The notes under the pieces were generated by a model that was not told where the DNA came from, made no database searches, and saw only the letters and a program-made list of their open reading frames with translations. A stretch of 51,984 nucleotides of DNA, from assembly GCA_034721855.1 (NCBI GenBank), contig JAYENB010000007.1:38688-90671 (forward strand), given 5' to 3'. The stretch is from Bacteroidota bacterium. Its GTDB lineage: Bacteria > Bacteroidota > Bacteroidia > Bacteroidales > ML635J-15. The position numbers were made by a program, and so were the translations under genes. This document shows, piece after piece, positions 1-8,422 of this stretch. Every line of letters starts with the position of its first letter. Position 1 is the stretch's first letter.

Positions 1-15
1 AAAGTTTTGTGAACC

Positions 16-143
16 TTTTTTCTTTGTGTTCTTAGTGTCTTCGTGGGAGTTGTTTTGTTAAGCTATCCCATGGCATCTCTGTTTTATTTCCCACAATGCC
101 TAAGCAACCAAAGTGTTGTCAACATTTTTTTCTTTGTGTTCTT
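16..143. repeat. two copies of an 18-nt motif TTTTTTCTTTGTGTTCTT (16-33 and 126-143)
   Basis: Identical 18-mers 110 bp apart in the non-coding window edge. The reverse complement is AAGAACACAAAG..., compositionally related to the CACGA/CACAAAG arrays elsewhere in the window. Confidence 0.5.
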
Positions 144-228
144 GTGTTTTGGTGGTATAAAATGACTTTTTAGACTGGCCTCATGAATGAATCTGTGTAA
201 AAAATTCAGATAATCATATCAAATAAAT

Positions 229-1599
229 TTAGAAAATCCTTTCGGTTTTGAGTGCCTGTATTTGCCCTGCGAAGTACAGTGGTAAGGAGATTAAATTATA
301 GCTGAACTCTGTTTTTTTCTTTAAATTAACTTTTGCTTTTAAATCTTTTCCCCAGGTGGGTGTATCCATGTTTAATCGAATGCCTGTTTTTTTATTCTTT
401 TCAGCGAGAAATACATGGAGGGATTTGAGACTGCCTGTTTTGCCCGCTTTAATTTCTAATGGTATTACCTGATTTTTAATCTGAAGTAAACAGTTGATTT
501 CTGCATTTGAATTTTTAGCTTCCCTTAACCAGTAATTGAGTTTTTGTTCTTGATATGGGGGTCCCGATGAAATTATTTCCTGTATCGCAAATTGTTCTGC
601 TATACTGCCTTCAAAGGCGGTTACAAGCTCATTCAAACCGATGAGTTTAATGCCGGCAATGTGATTTAGTACTCCGATGTCCATGAATACCGGCTTAAAA
701 ACATCCTGATTTTCCAATTGTTTCAGGGGAATTTCCGATGATTTTGTGTGTCTCACAAGATGAATAATTCTGCTCATCTCAAGTTTTAAAAAAGCTTCTT
801 TCAAATGTTTTGATTGTGCATGACGATTTACATGGGTATATTTCACCTTTTTACCAATATTGTTTGCTGTATAGCGGAGTATATCCCGTAAATATTCCTG
901 TTCTTTGCGTGTGCCATATTTGGAAAAATCATATTCAATGGAAGAAATCAAGTTGGCATGATATTTTTCTATTCCGGATAAGTCGTTTTCTGTAACATAG
1001 TAGTTTACAGCTTCAGGCATGCCACCAATAAAGAAGTAGGTTCGCAGGTATTCAGAAATATTTTTATGCAATGCATCACTGATTTCTTTACCAATTTGAT
1101 ATTTTTTGATGTAATCCACATACCCCTGTTTATTGTTTGCTATCAGGAATTCAAAAAAATTCATAGGATACATATAAGCAAACTCAACCCTTCCTACCGG
1201 CATCGAATATGACATTTCGTTCAAGGTGTGATCAAGCAGTGAACCTGCTGCTATTATGTGTAAATCAGGATTTTGTTTATAAAAATACCCCAGTGATACT
1301 ATGGCCTCAGGACAGGATTGTATTTCATCAATAAACAATAAACATTTACCTTCTCTGAATGTAAAATTATAAATTAATGAAAGCTCATTTAATATTACTT
1401 CCGGTTTACGGGATTTAAAAATGGAATGTAATTCCTGTTCCTGTTCAATGTTTATTTTTAAATAATCACTAAAGTTTTCCTGTGCAAATTTATCCACACT
1501 ATAAGTTTTACCTACCTGCCTTGCGCCCCTTAATATTAATGGTTTTCGGTGTTTGCTTTCTTTCCATTCAGAAAGGTATTTTTCTATTTCTCTGTACAT
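229..1599 (-). CDS. AAA+ ATPase, AAA_14 + DUF4143-type
   Basis: 456-aa ORF with Walker A GARQVGKT and Walker B-like CLLFIDEIQ. Length and layout are typical of DUF4143 ATPases. Confidence 0.8.
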   Translation of the reverse strand: MYREIEKYLSEWKESKHRKPLILRGARQVGKTYSVDKFAQENFSDYLKINIEQEQELHSIFKSRKPEVILNELSLIYNFTFREGKCLLFIDEIQSCPEAIVSLGYFYKQNPDLHIIAAGSLLDHTLNEMSYSMPVGRVEFAYMYPMNFFEFLIANNKQGYVDYIKKYQIGKEISDALHKNISEYLRTYFFIGGMPEAVNYYVTENDLSGIEKYHANLISSIEYDFSKYGTRKEQEYLRDILRYTANNIGKKVKYTHVNRHAQSKHLKEAFLKLEMSRIIHLVRHTKSSEIPLKQLENQDVFKPVFMDIGVLNHIAGIKLIGLNELVTAFEGSIAEQFAIQEIISSGPPYQEQKLNYWLREAKNSNAEINCLLQIKNQVIPLEIKAGKTGSLKSLHVFLAEKNKKTGIRLNMDTPTWGKDLKAKVNLKKKTEFSYNLISLPLYFAGQIQALKTERIF

Positions 1600-1619
1600 G
1601 TGCTTCTGTTTTTATGGTA

Positions 1620-1627
1620 CAAATATA
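1620..1627 (-). promoter_or_regulatory. Bacteroidota -7 box TATATTTG (TAnnTTTG)
   Basis: Reverse complement of CAAATATA, 20 nt upstream of the ATG at 1599. Confidence 0.45.
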
Positions 1628-1708
1628 AAACACTATTGGATTATTACCAAATTAATTTAAAAACACTATTGGATTTCGATAATTATAATCTCAAAACACT
1701 ATTGGATT
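1627..1708. repeat. three perfect 16-bp direct repeats AAAACACTATTGGATT at an exact 33-bp period (1627, 1660, 1693)
   Basis: Read directly from the sequence. The repeats abut the -7 box of the ATPase gene at 229..1599. Confidence 0.9.
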
Positions 1709-1937
1709 TAAGACAGATTGCCTTAAACGGTTGGGCTATGCGTAGTGCAGGTTTTCGAAGAACTTCACTTTCATTTCACTACTAAATTTTATTTCTTGCA
1801 TGATTTTTTTGTGAAGTTTCAATACTTTTTACAAAAACTGAAAAATCTATCAATCGTTCTTCCCCGCTTGCCACCTATAAGTATAGACATTGGCGGGCAA
1901 GTAAATCATATTTATTCATACATTTTCAACTTCTTAA

Positions 1938-1965
1938 ATCCCGTAGGATAGAAATCCAACGGGAT
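1938..1965. repeat. hairpin ATCCCGT-N14-ACGGGAT, related to 44515-44543
   Basis: 7-bp stem. About 70% identity (by eye) of its reverse complement to CCCCGTTGGTTATTCAACCTACGAGGTTT at 44515-44543. Confidence 0.4.
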
Positions 1966-2215
1966 AAATCATTATTCGTTAATCGATAATCGATATTCAA
2001 TTTATTATTTTGTTTTTTATCCTTAAAGATAACAGGGTATATACTTCATCAGTCTGAATGTTGCTGCGGCTATATCATCAAGCCACAATTTGATGGGTTT
2101 CTTTTCTGTTGTAATTACTTTTATCATCAGGTTAATGTTTACCTGCAAAGTCTAAAAAGTGTAATCCGGGCAGGAATTTAAAAAAATCATTAAGTTGGTT
2201 AACAAAAAGCAGTGA

Positions 2216-3358
2216 TTATCGAATAATTTCGCCTGCCCATAATGTTTTCAAAAAATGCTCTACCGGCATGATTTCAATTTTCCCTGTTTTGCGATAGTAC
2301 GTTTCATTACATACTATAATTTGTCTTTTAGTATTGAATTCATCTGAAAACCTTTTTAGTCCTTTCAAATGCTTATTTTGTATGTTGTTGCCTGATTTAA
2401 CCTCAATGGCTACTTGATGATCCCCAAGGATAAAATCAACTTCAACCTGGGATGCAGTATGCCAATAGGTGATTGGATAACCCAAACCTGTATAACGGCT
2501 GTGTACGTGCAATTCATTGTAAATATAATGTTCCAGGGCTTTCCCGAATGCAGGCGTTTTTTCACTTATGTTATGATTGTTAAGTAATACATTGGTGATA
2601 CCGGTATCAAAAAAATAGAATTTGGGGCTTGAAATAATGCGTCTTTTTTGTTTTTTTTTGTATGCCGGAAGAAATCTACCCAAAAGAGTTTCTTCAAGAA
2701 TGTTAAAATATTCTTTTATTGTTACAGAGCTTACGCCGCAGTCTGATGCAATGTTCGAATAATTGACAATCTCAGCATTTGTTAAAGCTACATTTTCAAG
2801 GAAGTTTGTGAATGCCTGCACATTTCTACGTTTTGCTTCCTGGATGATTTCGTCCTGTAGGTAAGAGCCAATGTATGCACTTAACAGTTTTTGAGGATTG
2901 TTTGATAAATAATGTCTTGGTAAAGTACCAAAATTCAGGATTTTATTTAGGTCAAAATCGTTAAATTCCGGATATACCAAAGGATATAATTCATACCTAA
3001 GTGCCCGGCCACCAAGCAGGTTTACATCAGAGCGAAGAATTTTTCGCGGACTGGAGCCACTTAAAATAAATTGCGTGTCTGTGTTCGTCATGAGCCATTG
3101 TACATCATTTAATAAATGCGGAAGCCTTTGAATTTCATCAATGATGACAGGTTTTGAAGGTTTATTTGCTTTTACAATCTGCTTTAGTAAATCCTCTTGC
3201 CGGTTGAACTTTAAAAATTCAGAGTTTAACAGGAGATCAATGTAGATGGAATCAGGAAAAAGTGCTTTTAGTAAAGTTGTTTTTCCTGTTTGTCTTGCAC
3301 CCCACAAAAATGCTGATTCCTGGCCTAAATCCTCAAATGTTTGTCTTCGTTTTAGCAT
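2216..3358 (-). CDS. AAA+ ATPase, DUF4143-type (second paralog)
   Basis: 380-aa ORF with Walker A GARQTGKT and Walker B PVIIDEIQ. Confidence 0.8.
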   Translation of the reverse strand: MLKRRQTFEDLGQESAFLWGARQTGKTTLLKALFPDSIYIDLLLNSEFLKFNRQEDLLKQIVKANKPSKPVIIDEIQRLPHLLNDVQWLMTNTDTQFILSGSSPRKILRSDVNLLGGRALRYELYPLVYPEFNDFDLNKILNFGTLPRHYLSNNPQKLLSAYIGSYLQDEIIQEAKRRNVQAFTNFLENVALTNAEIVNYSNIASDCGVSSVTIKEYFNILEETLLGRFLPAYKKKQKRRIISSPKFYFFDTGITNVLLNNHNISEKTPAFGKALEHYIYNELHVHSRYTGLGYPITYWHTASQVEVDFILGDHQVAIEVKSGNNIQNKHLKGLKRFSDEFNTKRQIIVCNETYYRKTGKIEIMPVEHFLKTLWAGEIIR

Positions 3359-3362
3359 GCAT

Positions 3363-3414
3363 ATTTAAAGTAAAGGTTTAAAAATACATTGCAAATTTAA
3401 AGGAAAGATTTAAA
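3363..3414. repeat. two 20-bp direct repeats ATTTAAAG(T/G)AAAG(G/A)TTTAAA at a 32-bp period (3363, 3395)
   Basis: 18/20 identity, read directly. The second copy overlaps the -7 box of the ATPase gene at 2216..3358. Confidence 0.7.
3392..3399 (-). promoter_or_regulatory. -7 box TAAATTTG
   Basis: Matches TAnnTTTG, 33 nt upstream of the ATG at 3358. Confidence 0.4.
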
Positions 3415-3441
3415 TTAACCAAATAATTCTCTTGTCCTCAC

Positions 3442-5265
3442 TTAAAAATCCTCTATCCCGTATATATTTCCTTTTTCATCCTTATTTGGCTGCCATGTTC
3501 TGACATGAATGGTCGGTTTACTTGTGTCCTGCAGGTCAACCATGAGGAAAAGATACCCTTCGTCGCCATAATTGGATGAATAGTAATTTTGTTTAATTTG
3601 AATGCCGTAAACATGGTCATTATCTCCGGCACGGATATCGCTTTTTTCAAACTGCAGGTTGATATATTCTTTGCTGTTGAAAAGCACTTTCAGCCGGTTG
3701 ATGAATTCCTGTTTTTTGTAACGGTTATATTGCAGGATCTTATTGTTTTTGTAGGGATTTTCCGGGTTTGGCACCGTTTTGTATGCCCCTGTAATAATGA
3801 GCGCATCATCCGAAAATATGGATTCAATGTAATCAATGCGTTCCAGGGCATAAGCTGTTTTGTAATGCTCCAGAAAATCTATGATGGTCATGCGGTCGCT
3901 TTCCCGCCAATGGTCTTTTTTCAATACATCATTAAGGGCTGTTTCTGAAAGGGCAAAACTCAAATCGCAGATTTTGTTGTTATCATCAAAATGGAAAACC
4001 ACATTTTCTACAAATTTCCTATTGTTGGTTTTAAAACTGAACAGCATGGGAATGGCCCGGATAATGATTTTATTGTCTTTTTTCAGGCCGGTTAATTCAG
4101 GTTGGTCAAGGATTTTGGCATTACCATACAGGATAAGCTTTTCGTAGATATCATACCCTTGTGCTGTGAAATAGGGTTGTGCTGCTGTATATTGTTGTGA
4201 CACTATGGCATCCATCACCGGCTCTATTGCATCTGTGTAGCTGGAAATATCATTCACCAGGCTCATTTTCATACTCGATTCTTTTTTGTCCTGTGAGGAT
4301 GTATTGGTTGTAACTGAGCCGTCATCTTCATCAGACCTTATTTCATGTTCCGATGTTGATGCCAGGTTCAGATTAAAATAGGCCTCTTTGATGGCAATGT
4401 CCGGAATTTTTTCCATCACGGTGTTCAGTTCTTTATCATACAGGGATTCGTTTTTGAATATATACTCGGTTTTAATCTGGATTTTTTCCATGCCCTTGGT
4501 ATCTTTTTCGAAAAACTCAGCAATGCCCAGGCCATCAGATGCTTCGATAAGGTTTGTGTAATCCTGCCCAGTCCAATATTGATACACAAATTTTTTAACA
4601 GGCTTGTCTTTGTAGGTAATGTATAAGTTATAAACGGCATGTTCTTTCTGCACTTCTTTGTTCTTGATGTTGATGTCAATGCCGGATAATATTTGTTTTA
4701 TTCTTTCGGGCAGCCAAATAGACAAAAGATGTTCTTTCCCCCTGTTATCCATGTAAGTGATTTCACTTTGGTCAGGATGAGACCGGAGCAGCACATGAGC
4801 CCAGTAATAATATTTTATGGCATCGCTTATCCTGACCTCTTCCAATGCCTGCTGGGCATAATCACAAAATTCTTTGATTTTTAATTCACGGTTTTTAAAT
4901 ATTTTACTGACATCCGTTCTTTTGATGTACCTCAATACTTTGGCTTCCGGTTCCTGGTTCACAACAATTCTTTCTGTATTATTTAAGCTGGCACTGCTGT
5001 AGGTGTTTACTATGGATTTTACCTGTTCGGAGATTTGCCCTGCATCATTTTCCGTTTTTTCCAGTTCAAATTTGCTTTCCACATCCACAGAAATCTGGTT
5101 GACCAACATCGAAAGGGCATTTTTGTCAGCCTCATTCAGTGTTACACCATTGCCTTCACCCCAGATGTACATGTGGTTGTTTTTAATGTCATCCACAGAT
5201 TGTCCAAAGCTGCTTAAGGTAAAAAGTGTAATGGCCGTGAGTAATATTGTTTGTTTCATAATCAA
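3442..5265 (-). CDS. secreted protein or lipoprotein, weak LPP20-like N-terminal region
   Basis: 607-aa ORF with signal peptide MKQTILLTAITLFTLSSFGQ. The function assignment is weak. Confidence 0.7.
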   Translation of the reverse strand: MIMKQTILLTAITLFTLSSFGQSVDDIKNNHMYIWGEGNGVTLNEADKNALSMLVNQISVDVESKFELEKTENDAGQISEQVKSIVNTYSSASLNNTERIVVNQEPEAKVLRYIKRTDVSKIFKNRELKIKEFCDYAQQALEEVRISDAIKYYYWAHVLLRSHPDQSEITYMDNRGKEHLLSIWLPERIKQILSGIDINIKNKEVQKEHAVYNLYITYKDKPVKKFVYQYWTGQDYTNLIEASDGLGIAEFFEKDTKGMEKIQIKTEYIFKNESLYDKELNTVMEKIPDIAIKEAYFNLNLASTSEHEIRSDEDDGSVTTNTSSQDKKESSMKMSLVNDISSYTDAIEPVMDAIVSQQYTAAQPYFTAQGYDIYEKLILYGNAKILDQPELTGLKKDNKIIIRAIPMLFSFKTNNRKFVENVVFHFDDNNKICDLSFALSETALNDVLKKDHWRESDRMTIIDFLEHYKTAYALERIDYIESIFSDDALIITGAYKTVPNPENPYKNNKILQYNRYKKQEFINRLKVLFNSKEYINLQFEKSDIRAGDNDHVYGIQIKQNYYSSNYGDEGYLFLMVDLQDTSKPTIHVRTWQPNKDEKGNIYGIEDF

Positions 5266-5280
5266 AGCTATTTATGACAT

Positions 5281-5288
5281 CAAATATA
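5281..5288 (-). promoter_or_regulatory. -7 box TATATTTG
   Basis: 15 nt upstream of the ATG at 5265. Confidence 0.45.
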
Positions 5289-5329
5289 TAAAAATACTGT
5301 TATCATACAATAATACCCTGTGTGGCTGT

Positions 5330-5343
5330 GGGGATGCATCCCC
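5330..5343. other. 14-bp perfect palindrome GGGGATGCATCCCC just 3' of the Fic stop codon
   Basis: Read directly. It could form a 5-bp stem with a TGCA loop, and no T-run follows, so a terminator role is uncertain. Confidence 0.4.
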
Positions 5344-5360
5344 GAGTGATGTCTTTAGTA

Positions 5361-6506
5361 TTATTGATTCTTTTCATTTTGAAAGATATTAAAATATTCG
5401 GTAAACATGTATTTCCTGTTTCTTTTGTAACCGGTTAATTCGGTTAATATATTAAGCTCAATTAATTCATTAATAAGTCTGTTTGCAGTAGAAGGGGATA
5501 CTTGTAATAGCTCATAAACTTGTTTTGAATCTGTAATTGGGTTTCTATACAGTTGTTTTAGCAATGTTTGGCCTTTCTCAATTTTACTGCCTAATTTGGG
5601 CAGACGATTTGTTTCTATGTCTGTTTTCAATGCAAGAATATCTTTAAATACCTGAATCGAAGCTTTTGATGTCTCTATGACACCGACTAAAAAGAACTTA
5701 ATCCACTGCACCAGGTTACTTGTCAAACGAACTGTCATTAAGTTGTCATAATAATAGGTTTTGTTTTTCTCAAAGAAGTCAGATAAGTATAAGGAAGGTT
5801 TTTTAAGAATACCATTATTCACCAGATAGAGGGTAATAAGTAACCTGCCTAATCGCCCATTTCCATCTAAAAAAGGATGTATTGTTTCAAATTGATAATG
5901 CATTATTGCCACTTTAATTAAATGAGGAACATGGTGTTTGTCTTCATTGATAAATTTTTCTAAATCGCTCATTAATTCTATTACTTCAGAATGGTGAGGA
6001 GGAATGAAAATTGCATCTTTCAGCGTTGCTCCAATCCAGTTTTGGCTGGTTCTGAATTCACTGGGAATTTTATATTTTCCTCTAACTCCGGATAACAAAG
6101 TTTTGTGGGTGTTTTTTATCAGTCTGTTAGAAATTGGAAGTTTCTTCAGCTCTTTGATAGAACTGTTTATTGCTTTAATATAATTTTGAACTTCAGCCCA
6201 ATCATCTCTTTTTTTTGGATGAATATCTTCCTCTTTTACAAGTGCTTCCTCCATATTGGTTTTAGTCCCTTCAATTCTGCTTGATGTGGTAGCTTCTTTT
6301 AAAATATGCATGGTAATGAAGAAGTCCACATCAGGTATTATTTGAGAAAATGCATTCAATTCACCAATTAGCCGGTTTGCTTCTGCAAGTAGTTTATTTA
6401 CTTCTGGTGTTGATACAATCCATTTGTGATTTATTTTCTCAGGAAAAAATGATTTATATTCTATCTGTTTAACATATTTTCCGGAAACAAAATCTTGCAA
6501 GTCCAT
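5361..6506 (-). CDS. Fic family protein (AMPylase-type core with intramolecular inhibitory helix)
   Basis: HPFLDGNGRLGR matches the Fic motif HPFx(D/E)GN(G/K)R. SSRIEG matches the inhibitory (S/T)xxxE(G/N) motif N-terminal of the core. The C-terminal region is wHTH-like. Confidence 0.85.
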   Translation of the reverse strand: MDLQDFVSGKYVKQIEYKSFFPEKINHKWIVSTPEVNKLLAEANRLIGELNAFSQIIPDVDFFITMHILKEATTSSRIEGTKTNMEEALVKEEDIHPKKRDDWAEVQNYIKAINSSIKELKKLPISNRLIKNTHKTLLSGVRGKYKIPSEFRTSQNWIGATLKDAIFIPPHHSEVIELMSDLEKFINEDKHHVPHLIKVAIMHYQFETIHPFLDGNGRLGRLLITLYLVNNGILKKPSLYLSDFFEKNKTYYYDNLMTVRLTSNLVQWIKFFLVGVIETSKASIQVFKDILALKTDIETNRLPKLGSKIEKGQTLLKQLYRNPITDSKQVYELLQVSPSTANRLINELIELNILTELTGYKRNRKYMFTEYFNIFQNEKNQ

Positions 6507-6529
6507 AGTTTTAGAAATTAATTAAAATG

Positions 6530-6537
6530 CAAATATA
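6530..6537 (-). promoter_or_regulatory. -7 box TATATTTG
   Basis: 23 nt upstream of the ATG at 6506. Confidence 0.45.
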
Positions 6538-6610
6538 GTAATTTATCTTTTCACTATTGTCAAAATATAAAAAGAACGAGCTTAAATGTTCAGGTTATTT
6601 TGTAATAATG

Positions 6611-6664
6611 CCTTAGGTCGGTATAAGCAAAACAAGACAATACAAAGGCTTTAGCCCTGAATTT
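6611..6664 (+). repeat. REP-like module CCTTAGGTCGG...GCAAAACAA...GGCTTTAGCCCTGAATTT, second copy at 39721-39788
   Basis: Same order and orientation of sub-motifs at both loci, including small hairpins with TTTA/TTCA loops. Confidence 0.6.
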
Positions 6665-6695
6665 CTACCCATATGTCATCCAATATTGTCACAAA

Positions 6696-7696
6696 TTGCA
6701 CAAATTTTCGCAGATTAATCTGTGTAAATCTGCGCAATCTGTGGCATCAGCGTTCCAAATATCTGCCACTTTAAAAAAAATATCATCAGGAACATATCAA
6801 TTGCATTTACGGGATCCCTGGTATCAGGTGAATGCAAAAAATGTGATTGTTGAAGATGAGAAACAAGCAGAAGTATCATTTGACATGCAAAAAGCCTTTG
6901 CAGAACTTAAAGTAAGCACAAAACCTGCAGCGAATATCTTTATTGAAGGCGAGAAAAAAGGAAATGGCACCTGGCAGGGGCGTTTGCATTCAGGTTTTTA
7001 TAATGTGAGAGTAGAAAAGGATAAATATTACAGCAAAGAAAAACAGGTGCAGATAATTGCAGGCAATGATGCAGAAGAGACATTTGAATTAGATGCCAAA
7101 ACCGGTACTCTGAATATAATTACACTGCCGGTTGAAGCCAGTATTAATCTGAATGGGAAAAATTATGGTACTTCGCCAAAAACCATTGACAATCTTCTGA
7201 TTGGAAAATATGAACTCCAATTAAGTAAAAAAGCACATGCCACAATTACAAAAGAAATTACAATACAAGAAAATGAAACCATAAAGATTAATGAAAAACT
7301 GGCGAGTGGTAAAAATGTGAGTTTCAAATCTATGCCTACAGGAGCAGATATTTATGCCAATGATAAGAAAATAGGAACAAGTTCTTTGAAAACAGATTTG
7401 CCTTTTGGAAGGCATAAAATAAAAATGGTAAAAGGAGAGAAAATAAAAGAACAAACCATTGATGTGCAAGAAAATGGACCGGATAATTATGAATGGATGT
7501 TTTCGATTATGAAAATGATGAAAAAATCCGTGATGAATACATTACAGTATCGGAACACAACTATCAGGGTGTAGAGGCAGAAGCCGGTTTGATGTACAGA
7601 ATAAATGGATTTTTAATAACCGCAGGTGTAACCACAGTGAATTTTGAATATGCAAATATAACAGCAGGCATCGGCTACTCGCTACCTTTTCGCTAA
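6696..7696 (+). pseudogene. PEGA-domain protein, frameshifted and lacking a credible N-terminus
   Basis: ORF 6696..7574 has repeated PEGA-type modules (e.g. MPTGADIYANDKKIGTSSL..LPFGRHKIKM). ORF 7493..7696 in another frame carries a beta-strand-like C-terminal tail ending ...IGYSLPFR. The first ~17 codons run through the repeat CGCAGATTAATCTGTGTAAATCTGCGCAATCTGTGG (6709-6744), and there is no signal peptide. Confidence 0.55.
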
Positions 7697-7813
7697 GCGA
7701 ATTCCTCGCTAGGATGGCAAGGAATGTATGCAGGAGGAGATTTAAAAAAGGCAGGCAAAACTCATTTGTATAGCCCAAATACTTGTAGTAATGGCACATG
7801 TAATGAAAATATC

Positions 7814-7837
7814 AACCCACGACTTTAGTCGTGGGTT
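7814..7837. repeat. REP-like hairpin AACCCACGAC-TTTA-GTCGTGGGTT
   Basis: Perfect 10-bp stem with a 4-nt loop, 95 bp upstream of the IS200/RAYT-like ORF. Confidence 0.7.
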
Positions 7838-7931
7838 TAAAATACCACCATTCAAAAAACCATTTCAATGGTTTATTTTAAAAAAAAATATATATTGTCC
7901 TCATTTTGAATAATAAAAAATAATAATAATT

Positions 7932-8216
7932 ATGTCACATTCAAAGGTTAAAATATGGGTTCATGCTATTTTTTCAACAAAAAATCGTAAATCGTTGATA
8001 AAACAGGAAATAGAAAAAAAAGTTTACAATATTGTTATGCACGAATTTATTGAACAAAGTTGTTTTGTAGAAATAATAAATGGAATGCCTGAGCATGTTC
8101 ATATATTATTTCTTTTAAATCCTCAAAAAAGTACATCTGATGTAATGAAACAAGTAAAGGGGGCTAGTTCGCATAAAATTAACAATAGAAATATTATAAA
8201 CACAATGCATCCATAA
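7932..8216 (+). mobile_element. IS200/IS605-family Y1 (RAYT-like) transposase, 3'-truncated remnant
   Basis: 94-aa ORF with an HUH motif (PEHVHILF). The ORF ends before the region where the catalytic Tyr helix is expected in full-length proteins. Confidence 0.65.
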
Positions 8217-8422
8217 ATGAGAAAAAATACACCCTATGACACAACAGAAAATCCAGGCATTAAAAATGATACGGTAAAATTGGAAATAAATGAAAATGCA
8301 AAAGCCAGCCTTGACAGTTTATTACCGGGAAAACATATTATTTCAGGTTTTTTGGCCAAATAGAAGAAGATTATTTTTTCATAAAAAACAGCAATGATGA
8401 GTTTAATGCGGTTCAAACATCC

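Noticed and set aside
1627-1708. Possible mini-CRISPR (regularly spaced identical repeats)
   Set aside because: There are only three 16-bp repeats with 17-bp spacers, far below CRISPR repeat and spacer sizes. No cas genes are present. The position over a promoter fits an operator or iteron interpretation better.
1549-1951. ORFs 1549..1785 and 1745..1951
   Set aside because: They run through the promoter repeats of the ATPase gene and AT-rich intergenic DNA. Their products are low-complexity and they have no start context.
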